Assembly: GCA_034430395.1 (NCBI GenBank)
Contig: DAOUEQ010000090.1
Coordinates: 4,781-68,780 of the forward strand
DNA from: Anaerolineales bacterium
GTDB taxonomy: Bacteria > Chloroflexota > Anaerolineae > Anaerolineales > E44-bin32
Length of the DNA: 64,000 bases
Reading direction: 5' to 3'
Shown: positions 1-8,516 of the stretch, piece by piece
Numbering within the stretch: the stretch's first letter is position 1
Layout of the letters: each line of letters opens with the position of its first letter
Translations under genes and position numbers: made by a program
Notes under the pieces: generated by a model
What the model was told of the DNA's origin: nothing
Database searches by the model: none
Seen by the model: only the letters and a program-made list of their open reading frames with translations

Positions 1-1
1 T

Positions 2-1066
2 TGCCAAATGCAGCCCAAGGCCCGGACCGGGCACCACACCATCATCTCTGACAGGCTCTGATTGCCGCCCCGATCCGAACTTCTCGAAAATCATCGCTTG
101 TGCGCTTGGGTCTATGCCAACACCTGTGTCGGCAATCGTAAGCTCGATAAAGCCCGGAAGCATTCTTCCATTCACTAAGATCGAGCCCCCTTCTGGCGTA
201 AACTTCACGGCATTGTCAAGCACAATGATAATTGCCTGCAGAAGCCGTTCGGGATCAACGAATATTGTTTTTTCCGCTGAAGGGAATACGTTTACGTCCA
301 ACTTCTGTGAACGCTCAACAGCAATAATTCCAATCTCTGCTTCTGCCTTTTCAAGAAGTTTTTTAATCTGCACAGGTTGATAATGAAGCAATAACATCTT
401 TGTATCAACCATAGAGATATCAACCAATTCGTCTATTATGTGTCTCAATTTCTGAATACCAGACTCCACGCCAGACACTAATGGTCCGCTCTCCAAGTCT
501 CCGCCCATCAGGAGTTCTTTGAGCATTTCTGTATAACCCTCGATAAGTGTTAGCGGAGTCCTCAGTTCTTGAGCTGCGACGGTCACGAAATTCGACCGAG
601 TATCTTCGAGCAGCGAAAAAGCCTCTTGGATCTCATTCTGACTAGTTGTGAGCTTCTCAATAATCGCCGCGAATTCCCGATAAGCGGCGTATTCAATAAT
701 TTGACAAAATTGGGACTCAAGATTGTTTTGATACAGGAGCGCGATCTCAGCATCTAAATTCTTCTGGATCAAGGCAAACGCTGTATTCCGAAGGGCATGC
801 AGCGCGGAGACGATGCCTCGCTCTTGGTACGCGCTTAATGCTTGCTCAACCGAATTAAATTCTATCGGTGCATCAAAGAATCCATCGATACGTTTTTCTA
901 GAACACTAAATTCACCAGTAAGTATGGCATCAAGGATGGCATCGAGGAGGTTTTCAAGTTCCTTAATTGAAATCGCCGGGTGCTTGCTATCAATCGCGAG
1001 CATCCTTCCAGATTCATCCACCCAGTCCTGTCGGTGCTTAAGGAAAAATTCAACGGTATTAATCAT
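2..1066 (-). CDS. Sensor histidine kinase-like protein, runs off the window edge; phospho-acceptor His replaced by Gln
   Basis: Not in the ORF track; translated by hand from ATG at 1066. H-box reads VAAQELRTPLTLIEGY, N-box LDNAVKFTPEGG, G1 IADTGVGI, F-box IFEKF, G2 GPGLGL. Open to position 2. Confidence 0.85.
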   Translation of the reverse strand, partial: MINTVEFFLKHRQDWVDESGRMLAIDSKHPAISIKELENLLDAILDAILTGEFSVLEKRIDGFFDAPIEFNSVEQALSAYQERGIVSALHALRNTAFALIQKNLDAEIALLYQNNLESQFCQIIEYAAYREFAAIIEKLTTSQNEIQEAFSLLEDTRSNFVTVAAQELRTPLTLIEGYTEMLKELLMGGDLESGPLVSGVESGIQKLRHIIDELVDISMVDTKMLLLHYQPVQIKKLLEKAEAEIGIIAVERSQKLDVNVFPSAEKTIFVDPERLLQAIIIVLDNAVKFTPEGGSILVNGRMLPGFIELTIADTGVGIDPSAQAMIFEKFGSGRQSEPVRDDGVVPGPGLGLHLA

Positions 1067-1160
1067 TGGGTATTCATCATTCGAAATTATGCACTCCAAA
1101 TCTCCGCAAAACCAATTAAGTTTACTCAGATTTATTAGTATGGATACATCTACCGCATAC

Positions 1161-2018
1161 TCAGTGTTGGTTCTCCAGCCAATACTCTAACGTTTGCCCG
1201 ACCTGCTCCAGGCTATCTGCCGATACCTTATCAACCGTGTCACTGATCGTGTGCCAGTAAGGGTACTCGAAATCTATGATATCAACAGCGGGGACACCGA
1301 TTCGAAGAAAGGGCAAATGATCATCGATTATTGAATATTTTGGAGCGTCTACAAATGCTTGGTGACCTAACTGATTCGCTGTATTCCAGATCTCTTGCAC
1401 AAGGTTGGGATCAGAATATCTCTCGATAAATAGCTGGAGATCCCGATCCCCGACCATGTCGACAATCACTGCCGCTTCTAAGTCTTGGGTGAGATTATCA
1501 GCGAAGAAAGATGACCCAACGATCCATTCCCACCCGCCAATATTTCCGCTGTCTTCGGCATCAAAAAACACAAGCCAAACCGGATGTTTTAACTGACGGA
1601 CATCTAATACGTGGGCCAATTCTATCAGAATCGCGACTCCCGATGCGCCATCGTTTGCACCCGGGACTGGCGCCTCTTGACTCGTGGGATCCCGATCCGC
1701 GCAAGGTCTGGTATCGTAATGCGCTCCAAGCAGAATTGGCTTACTGCTGTTATCACCTTCCGATTTCGCAACAATATTCATCAGCGGAGTTCCAAGATAC
1801 TCGAATTGCTGGATTTCGACCTCCCATCGCTCTGATTCCAGTTGTTCGATGATCCAGCCTGCCGTTCTCCTGCTTGCTTTACTTCCAGGAATACGGGGTC
1901 CAAACGCTACTTGATTTTCTACAGATATCAGTGCCCGCTGACCTTCAAATTGGGTATCTTTAGCAGATGGAGAGCACGAAGCGAGCGCAAACAACAAAAC
2001 CACGCTTAAACTGCGCAT
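1161..2018 (-). CDS. M28-family peptidase / glutaminyl-cyclase-like lipoprotein
   Basis: Motifs GAHYDTR, GANDGASGV, FFDAED, DMVG, DDH, WHT. Lipobox LASC follows the ATG at 2018; the track start 2102 overlaps trmFO. Confidence 0.85.
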   Translation of the reverse strand: MRSLSVVLLFALASCSPSAKDTQFEGQRALISVENQVAFGPRIPGSKASRRTAGWIIEQLESERWEVEIQQFEYLGTPLMNIVAKSEGDNSSKPILLGAHYDTRPCADRDPTSQEAPVPGANDGASGVAILIELAHVLDVRQLKHPVWLVFFDAEDSGNIGGWEWIVGSSFFADNLTQDLEAAVIVDMVGDRDLQLFIERYSDPNLVQEIWNTANQLGHQAFVDAPKYSIIDDHLPFLRIGVPAVDIIDFEYPYWHTISDTVDKVSADSLEQVGQTLEYWLENQH

Positions 2019-2073
2019 AGCCTTTGTAATTATCAATGAGCAATGTAAAGTATCGTTGTTGGAACACATATGG

Positions 2074-3435
2074 CTATGCGCAATTTTCCTGTATATTTTC
2101 AAGATATTCTGCTAATACTGACGCTGACCGTTCCGCATAAGCGCTTGCGCGTTCGCGTCGATTCCGTTTCCGGCCATCATCCAGCGGCACCATCAAACCG
2201 AAGTTCGCTTTCATCGGCTGAAATAGTTTTTGATCCGCATGCGCTATGTAATGAGCTAAGGATCCAAGCATGGTCTCTCTAGGAATTACCAAAAGCTCAT
2301 GACGCTTAATTAATCGAGAGAGATTTATACCTGCCAATAACCCCGTTGCGATATTCCCTAAATAACCTTCCACACCAGTAAGTTGGCCGGCAAAGAAAAG
2401 ATCGCTCCGTCCTCGATGCTGCAAGTTCGATCCTAGCTGCGTCGGCGAATTCAAAAACGTGTTCCGGTGCATTTGACCATAACGTTGAAAACGCGCATTT
2501 TCCAAACCAGGAATCATCCGAAAGACATCCCGTTGCTCTTCGTATTTTAAGTTAGTTTGGAAACCGACCATGTTGTAGAGGCTCCCCGCTAAATTGTCTT
2601 GTCGGAGTTGAAGAACTGCGTACGGCCGCTTCCCGCTCCTAGGATCTATCAACCCTACAGGACGCATAGGTCCAAAAGCCAGACTATCCCTGCCTCTCTC
2701 GGCAATAATTTCAACCGGTAAACATCCTTCAAAGTAATGATACGCACCAGCGCGTACCCCATCCTGGATTTCTTTTTCAAAGCTCCTGAGAGGGATCCTT
2801 TCCGCCCGGAGCAAGCTGTCAATGAATGCTTCATATTCCTCTTTGTTCAATGGGCAGTTGATGTAATCCCCCTCCGCGCGTTCTCCTCTCTCATATCGCG
2901 AAGCGCGGAAAGCGACCTGCATGTTGATGCTTTCAACGTCGATAATTGGCGCAAGGGCATCGAAGAAATAGAGATGATCCTGATCAGATAAACCGCCAAT
3001 CGCCTGCGCCAGTGAATCTGAAGTCAAAGGACCGGAGGCGATGATTACAAACCCCTCAGGGATGGTCTTTACTTCGCTGCGCACAATCTGGATCTGGGGA
3101 TGCTTTTCAATTTGCTCTGTTACATCTCGTGCAAAACGCTCACGATCTACCGCTAAGGCGCCCCCTGCAGGAACTGCGTTCTGCTCTGCGCAGATCAATA
3201 CCATTGAGCCCAAAGTTCTCAGCTCGGCCATGAGAACACCAGAGGCGCGATCTGGCAGTTTGGATCCGAGCGAATTGGAGCATACCAACTCTGCAAGCGA
3301 TCCTGTCTGGTGCGCTCCAGTCGAGATATCAGGCCGCATCTCATAAAGCCGAACCCTGATACCGCGCTTCGCCAGCTGCCAAGCCGCTTCGCTGCCAGCT
3401 AACCCTCCTCCTACCACCACAGCATCTGTATTCAT
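2074..3435 (-). CDS. trmFO: Folate-dependent tRNA (uracil-54) methyltransferase TrmFO
   Basis: GGGLAGSEAAWQLA FAD-binding start, AELVCSNSLGS, YFEGCLPVE, FGPMRPVGL, YGQMHRNTF, AGQLTGVEGY. Confidence 0.95.
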   Translation of the reverse strand: MNTDAVVVGGGLAGSEAAWQLAKRGIRVRLYEMRPDISTGAHQTGSLAELVCSNSLGSKLPDRASGVLMAELRTLGSMVLICAEQNAVPAGGALAVDRERFARDVTEQIEKHPQIQIVRSEVKTIPEGFVIIASGPLTSDSLAQAIGGLSDQDHLYFFDALAPIIDVESINMQVAFRASRYERGERAEGDYINCPLNKEEYEAFIDSLLRAERIPLRSFEKEIQDGVRAGAYHYFEGCLPVEIIAERGRDSLAFGPMRPVGLIDPRSGKRPYAVLQLRQDNLAGSLYNMVGFQTNLKYEEQRDVFRMIPGLENARFQRYGQMHRNTFLNSPTQLGSNLQHRGRSDLFFAGQLTGVEGYLGNIATGLLAGINLSRLIKRHELLVIPRETMLGSLAHYIAHADQKLFQPMKANFGLMVPLDDGRKRNRRERASAYAERSASVLAEYLENIQENCA

Positions 3436-3459
3436 CTTGCGATTTTATCATGCCAACGA

Positions 3460-3475
3460 TGGCATAGTTCTTGCA
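3460..3475 (+). promoter_or_regulatory. sigma54 -24/-12 promoter upstream of rpoN
   Basis: TGGCAT-AGTTC-TTGCA matches consensus TGGCAC-N5-TTGC with exact GG-N10-GC spacing; intergenic, 52 nt before the rpoN ATG. Confidence 0.8.
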
Positions 3476-3527
3476 ACATAATTGCCAGCAATGTCCAGTC
3501 GATGTATACTCACCCGAGAGGCGCACT

Positions 3528-4943
3528 ATGTTCCGTCAGATCCAAGACCAATCTCTTAGACCACTCACGACAGCTCACCTTGCTCAAACGATGAGCCTTC
3601 TTGTTTTATCCAATCAGGAGCTGCACGATCGAGTGATCACAGAACTTGCATCGAATCCTGCGTTGGAGCTTCTTGACGAGCGCATCTGCCCGGGATGCCA
3701 TAAGCCCCTAAGCAATGCCGGACCCTGCCCCGTATGCAGCCGGCAGGCTGAAGGCGAAGAACCAATTGTATTTCTCTCCCCTCGGGATTCCTACCGACCA
3801 TCCAGAAAAAGAACACTTGATGATCAACCGCTGGAGCAAGAACCCGCAGCCCCAGAGGATCTCTCAATTTTCGTCATGCGGCAACTTGCCGCGGAACTTA
3901 AAGAGGAAGATCGGCACATTGCAGTTTACGTCCTTGACAGCCTTGATGAAGATGGCTTCCTGACCAGCCCCCCGCCCTACATCGCACAAGCCACTCGTTC
4001 CAATCTACCTCAGGTTATGAGGGTCATCGACTTGATACGTAAAGCGGACCCCGTCGGTTTGGCAACTAATGGTCCTCGAGAAACGCTTCTCGTTCAACTC
4101 GATCAGTTAGGTGATGGCGGAGAACCGCGCTGCGAATTGGCACGCCGATTACTGAGGGAATCCTTTGCGGAACTCGGTCGTAAAGAATTCGACAAGATCG
4201 CTCACAACTTCGAAGTCAGCCCTGCTGCAGTAAGAGAAGCCGCCACATTCATTCACGACAACCTAAACCCTTACCCCGCGCGAGCGTACTGGGGATCCGG
4301 ACGACAGCCGCAATCTGGCGACTCGAATGTTTACCACACCCCTGACGTCATGATCTCACGCAACCCCTCTGATGAATCTGGGCCACTGATGGTTGAAATA
4401 TTCTCGTCGATTTCGGGCTGGCTTCGGGTGAACCCTCTTTTCCGGCAAGCCATGAGGGAAGCGGATGAAGAGCAGAGCGATGAGTGGTCTGAGCATATGG
4501 AAAAGGCGAATCTCTTTGTGAAATGCATTCAGCAGCGCAATAACACAATGCAACGCCTGATGGGCTTGCTAGTATCACAGCAGAGTAGTTTTATTTTAGA
4601 AGGCGCTCGCCACCTCATACCCATGACGCGAGCCCAAATTGCAGAAGAGATCGGCGTCCACGAATCCACGATCTCAAGAGCAGTAGCGAATAAATCAGTC
4701 GCAATGCCCAATGGCAGAATAATTCCTCTTGCTAAATTCTTTGACCGCAGTCTCTCGGTGCGTGATCGTATCATAGAGATCGTCGAAAATGAAACCAAAC
4801 CACTTACAGACGATGAGATCGCCTCGCTTTTACACGAGGAAGGGATTAAGATAGCACGTAGGACTGTCGCGAAATACCGTGCGGTTGAGAATATTCTACC
4901 AGCTCGGTTGCGGGGTGCAAGAAAACTATCGCAGGCAGCCTAA
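3528..4943 (+). CDS. rpoN: RNA polymerase sigma-54 factor
   Basis: Region I LAQTMSLLVLSNQEL..ELASNPALE, HTH HESTISRAVANK, RpoN box ARRTVAKYR. ATG 3528 has a GAGAGG RBS; the track start 3471 lies inside the promoter. Confidence 0.95.
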   Translation: MFRQIQDQSLRPLTTAHLAQTMSLLVLSNQELHDRVITELASNPALELLDERICPGCHKPLSNAGPCPVCSRQAEGEEPIVFLSPRDSYRPSRKRTLDDQPLEQEPAAPEDLSIFVMRQLAAELKEEDRHIAVYVLDSLDEDGFLTSPPPYIAQATRSNLPQVMRVIDLIRKADPVGLATNGPRETLLVQLDQLGDGGEPRCELARRLLRESFAELGRKEFDKIAHNFEVSPAAVREAATFIHDNLNPYPARAYWGSGRQPQSGDSNVYHTPDVMISRNPSDESGPLMVEIFSSISGWLRVNPLFRQAMREADEEQSDEWSEHMEKANLFVKCIQQRNNTMQRLMGLLVSQQSSFILEGARHLIPMTRAQIAEEIGVHESTISRAVANKSVAMPNGRIIPLAKFFDRSLSVRDRIIEIVENETKPLTDDEIASLLHEEGIKIARRTVAKYRAVENILPARLRGARKLSQAA

Positions 4944-4953
4944 GGTGTAATCT

Positions 4954-6930
4954 TTGGCAAAGGATACTTCACCCACCAATCCGATCTCACGTTTATTTAA
5001 GGCTGACCCCTACCGCGAGCTTTTCCTCTCCCTCGCTGATACTCTAGACAACTCCGTCCTGGTATTATCCGGGGCGGAATCGCGTCTACTCACGTGCAAC
5101 CATGAATTCCTGCTTCTCTCCGGTTACGCCCGAAAGGATCTCGACGACCTAAACCCATCCGCCCTTTTTCCCGGCGAAGAGGGTCACGTTATGCTCAAGA
5201 AGATCCTTGACACATGGGAGAACCCAGACTGCACACTACAAGATGTTCCACTGCAGACACGCACAGGGGAAGTCGTCCTCATTGATCTTGAAGCACACCC
5301 GATCGCTCCTCCCCGAACAGCTGTCCTTCTTCTGATAAAACCCGCGAGTGCTCGCTCACAAATAGAGCAGCGTAAACTTGCTGAAGAGACTCTCTTACGC
5401 AGCTTGGAGAACATTACAAACTTGATGCTGATGGGAGGCACCTCCGCGGTGCCAACAGCACTCGAGCTCTGTCTTGAACCACTCTTCGCGTCATACACCG
5501 CAATATATAGGCTTTCGGCAAACTCGCCTGATTACTTTATCGAAGGTACGCTGCCCCCCGAATTCCCAGAAACGATCCCTGCCGACGCAATCGGCAATTT
5601 ACAGGTATTTTCCTCTTGGAGCCTGGGCCAACGCCCTGAGGGCGAATTACAGCGTGCCGCGAGAACCGCAGAACTCACCCACTTGAAGACTGCACTGATT
5701 GGTGATGATTCCGCTTGGATCGGCATTTTCATCGTCGGCTGGAAAGAGGAGATCGCGCTAAGTCCCGACATCGATCCGCTGATCCGCATCATCGCCAACC
5801 TCCTCCACACTGCCATCTACCTGAGCCAGCTTCGAGCCACCCTCACCGAAGGTGATACCTCCATGAACGAGCTTGAGGCGGAGATCACAAGCCAATTCGA
5901 GGCCATTTCCGATGTTCTGATAACTGTGGACTCTTCGCTCACTATAACAAGAGCGAATTCGGCGATAAACCGCCTGCTCGGTTATCACCCACCCGAAGTA
6001 ATAGGTCTTGCGATCCAGGATGTCCTTGTAGGTCCCGAGGATGTGACAACCACGATCCTTGACGCGCTGGGACACAAGCGCACGGCAGAACGCTCAAGAC
6101 TCATACTCCACCACCGTGATGGCACGCGCCTGCCAGTCCATTTACGGGTTGCTCCTCTGGCTGGAGCTGCAGACGGTCAATTTCTCATCGCCCTAGGTGA
6201 TCAATCCGAACAGCAAGCAATTGAAGATCAAACAGAAATCCTGGCCCAGAGAGCCTTGCTCGGCGAAGTCACCGCGATTTTCGCTCACGAAGTGAGGAAT
6301 CCCATCAACAACATATCCACCGGGGTCCAGCTTGTAGCCTCGCGCCTCGGTGAAAATCACCCACAATTCGAGGCGCTGGGCCGCATCCGGGCGGAGTGTG
6401 TTCGCCTCGATCAACTCATGAGCGACGTGCTCTTCTTTGCCCGCCCACTTCAACTGAAGATGGACCCTCTAGATCTCGCTGAGCTCCTTCAGAGAGTGAT
6501 TACTAGATGGGCGCCTCGCTTTAATCAAACCGGCACTCACTGCCATACTTCATACGATCCTGATACACCTCTCGCATCGGTGGATCCGAGGACACTTGAG
6601 CGAGTCATCGTAAACCTAGTCAGTAATGCTCTTGAAGCCATGACTGAAGGCGGCACACTCTCAATTAGTCTTGCACCAATAGGTCCTGCCCAAGATTGCA
6701 TGATCGAGTTGAAGGTCGCGGATACCGGCCCAGGCATCCCCCCTGATAAGATCCACCGGATATTTGATCCCTTTTTCACTACGAAAAAGGACGGGACAGG
6801 TCTCGGGTTAGCGATTAGCCGACGCATAATAACAGCACATAAAGGGACAATTCAGGTCGAGAGCTTTCCTGATGCAGGTACTGTGTTTACAATTCACCTC
6901 CCATCTGCGGACCTTAGTTCCAAGGAGTGA
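4954..6930 (+). CDS. Cytoplasmic PAS-domain sensor histidine kinase (NtrB-like)
   Basis: Two PAS-like segments; H-box FAHEVRNPINNI, N-box NLVSNALEAM, DTGPGI, FDPFFTTKKDGTGLGL; no obvious TM helix. Confidence 0.9.
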   Translation: MAKDTSPTNPISRLFKADPYRELFLSLADTLDNSVLVLSGAESRLLTCNHEFLLLSGYARKDLDDLNPSALFPGEEGHVMLKKILDTWENPDCTLQDVPLQTRTGEVVLIDLEAHPIAPPRTAVLLLIKPASARSQIEQRKLAEETLLRSLENITNLMLMGGTSAVPTALELCLEPLFASYTAIYRLSANSPDYFIEGTLPPEFPETIPADAIGNLQVFSSWSLGQRPEGELQRAARTAELTHLKTALIGDDSAWIGIFIVGWKEEIALSPDIDPLIRIIANLLHTAIYLSQLRATLTEGDTSMNELEAEITSQFEAISDVLITVDSSLTITRANSAINRLLGYHPPEVIGLAIQDVLVGPEDVTTTILDALGHKRTAERSRLILHHRDGTRLPVHLRVAPLAGAADGQFLIALGDQSEQQAIEDQTEILAQRALLGEVTAIFAHEVRNPINNISTGVQLVASRLGENHPQFEALGRIRAECVRLDQLMSDVLFFARPLQLKMDPLDLAELLQRVITRWAPRFNQTGTHCHTSYDPDTPLASVDPRTLERVIVNLVSNALEAMTEGGTLSISLAPIGPAQDCMIELKVADTGPGIPPDKIHRIFDPFFTTKKDGTGLGLAISRRIITAHKGTIQVESFPDAGTVFTIHLPSADLSSKE

Positions 6931-6933
6931 TGA

Positions 6934-8109
6934 ATGACCGCAACGGTATTGATCGTTGACGACGAAGAGACCGCCCGCAACTTCATCAGCGAAGCGTTGA
7001 CGGATGCTGGCTTTGAAGCAATCGAAGCGGGGACTCTGGCGGAAGCAAATAAAGCGATCGACAAGGGTGTAGGGGATATCATCCTGCTCGACGTTATGCT
7101 CCCTGATGGATCCGGTTTATCTTTGCTTGACCGCCTCGCCCTTGAAAATCCCCGACCACCAGTGATCTTGATCACTGCTTTTGGAGAGATTGATACAGCG
7201 GTCGATGCGATGAAGAAAGGTGCTCTAGATTTCCTACAAAAGCCCCTTGATCTAGATCGCTTGCTTCAAGCTATAGAGCGATCATCAGAGGTTGTGGGAC
7301 TGCGTCGGGAGCTTGATCTCCTGCGTCGGACTTCAATTTTGGAAACGGAGATGGTCATTGGTGAGACACAGATCATGAAGCAGATCATGCACGAAGCCGA
7401 ACGCGCGGCCCAAGCATCAGTCTCTGTCATGATCACAGGTGAAACCGGGACCGGCAAGGAAGTCCTCGCTCGGTCGATACACAGCTTCGGGCCACGTGCA
7501 GATACGCCTTTTATCCCGATTAACTGTGCTGCGCTGCCGGATACGATGATCGAATCGGAGCTTTTTGGACATGAAGCAGGAGCCTTCACCGGCGCGCAAA
7601 AAAAGAAGCCGGGATTGATCGAGATTGCCGACGGCGGCATCCTCTTCCTGGACGAAATCTCCTCAACTAAGCAGGAAATGCAAGCCAAGCTGCTGCGAGT
7701 CTTGGATGAGCAAAAATTCAGACGAGTTGGCGGAGTAAATGAAATTGGCGTTGACGTTCAAATCATCGCCGCTTCGAATCGGAACCTCCCGGTCATGATC
7801 GAGGAGGGAACCTTCAGAGAGGACCTCTACTATCGGCTGAAGGTAGTCGATCTTCACCTCCCGCCTCTTCGTGAACGAATTGTTGATCTCCCAGCGCTTA
7901 CAGGCAACTTCATCCGCCAAATCAACCTCCGTGTTGGCGGCATCGTAGAGGGAATCACACCGCGCGCACTTGACGCACTTAAAGCTCACTCATGGCCCGG
8001 TAACATCCGTGAACTCCGTCACGTGGTCGAGAGAGCAATTCTATTTTGCGACGAGGAAAACATCGATCTCGCTCATCTCCCCCCTGACATACAAGATCTC
8101 GCTTCCTGA
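6934..8109 (+). CDS. sigma54-dependent response regulator (receiver + AAA+ bEBP), no C-terminal HTH
   Basis: Receiver VLIVDDE / LLDVMLPD / KP; Walker A GETGTGKE, GAFTGA, Walker B LFLDEI, REDLYYRL, WPGNIREL. Ends 391 aa right after the AAA+ domain. Confidence 0.92.
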   Translation: MTATVLIVDDEETARNFISEALTDAGFEAIEAGTLAEANKAIDKGVGDIILLDVMLPDGSGLSLLDRLALENPRPPVILITAFGEIDTAVDAMKKGALDFLQKPLDLDRLLQAIERSSEVVGLRRELDLLRRTSILETEMVIGETQIMKQIMHEAERAAQASVSVMITGETGTGKEVLARSIHSFGPRADTPFIPINCAALPDTMIESELFGHEAGAFTGAQKKKPGLIEIADGGILFLDEISSTKQEMQAKLLRVLDEQKFRRVGGVNEIGVDVQIIAASNRNLPVMIEEGTFREDLYYRLKVVDLHLPPLRERIVDLPALTGNFIRQINLRVGGIVEGITPRALDALKAHSWPGNIRELRHVVERAILFCDEENIDLAHLPPDIQDLAS

Positions 8110-8115
8110 ACTCTT

Positions 8116-8131
8116 TGGCACGCTACTTGCA
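8116..8131 (+). promoter_or_regulatory. sigma54 -24/-12 promoter
   Basis: TGGCAC-GCTAC-TTGCA, perfect consensus, in the 57-nt gap before the GGAGG RBS and ATG 8167. Confidence 0.88.
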
Positions 8132-8166
8132 ACATTCGCCTTCAGACGCATAACCTGGAGGCGAAA

Positions 8167-8499
8167 ATGATTCCCCTTACATTTGGCGATGTTCAAATCC
8201 TCATAGCTGCAACCATCTTCATCTTGGGCTCCTTATTGGTACTCATCGGGGCTTTGGTTTTAGTCAGCCGAGGCTATTCCCGAGAGGTGCGGGCCTTGGC
8301 GGCTCATACCGCTAGGCTTGGCCAGAAAGGTATTGCCCAAGAGGTAACAGGACTTGTTAACAGTGCCACAGAGCTCGTCGCTTCTCTCAATAGTCTGGTT
8401 CGGACCGCAAGCGGGATAGGGATCATACTGATCTCAGTTGGATTAGGCTTGTTGTACGCAGGCTATTGGATCATTCAGCAAATCAGCTGGCCAATCTAA
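8167..8499 (+). CDS. Small two-TM membrane protein, unknown function
   Basis: Strong GGAGG RBS; two hydrophobic segments flanking an Ala/Leu-rich helical linker. Confidence 0.75.
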   Translation: MIPLTFGDVQILIAATIFILGSLLVLIGALVLVSRGYSREVRALAAHTARLGQKGIAQEVTGLVNSATELVASLNSLVRTASGIGIILISVGLGLLYAGYWIIQQISWPI

Positions 8500-8516
8500 C
8501 CGACTGGATGGGTACT

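Noticed and set aside
3439-3455. Mirror-image sigma54 promoter for trmFO on the minus strand
   Set aside because: TGGCAT is present, but the next GC is 12 rather than 10 nt from the GG; sigma54 spacing is strict.
3471-3527. Track N-terminal extension of RpoN (MQHNCQQCP...)
   Set aside because: The TTG start lies inside the -12 element of the promoter; ATG 3528 has an RBS and begins Region I.
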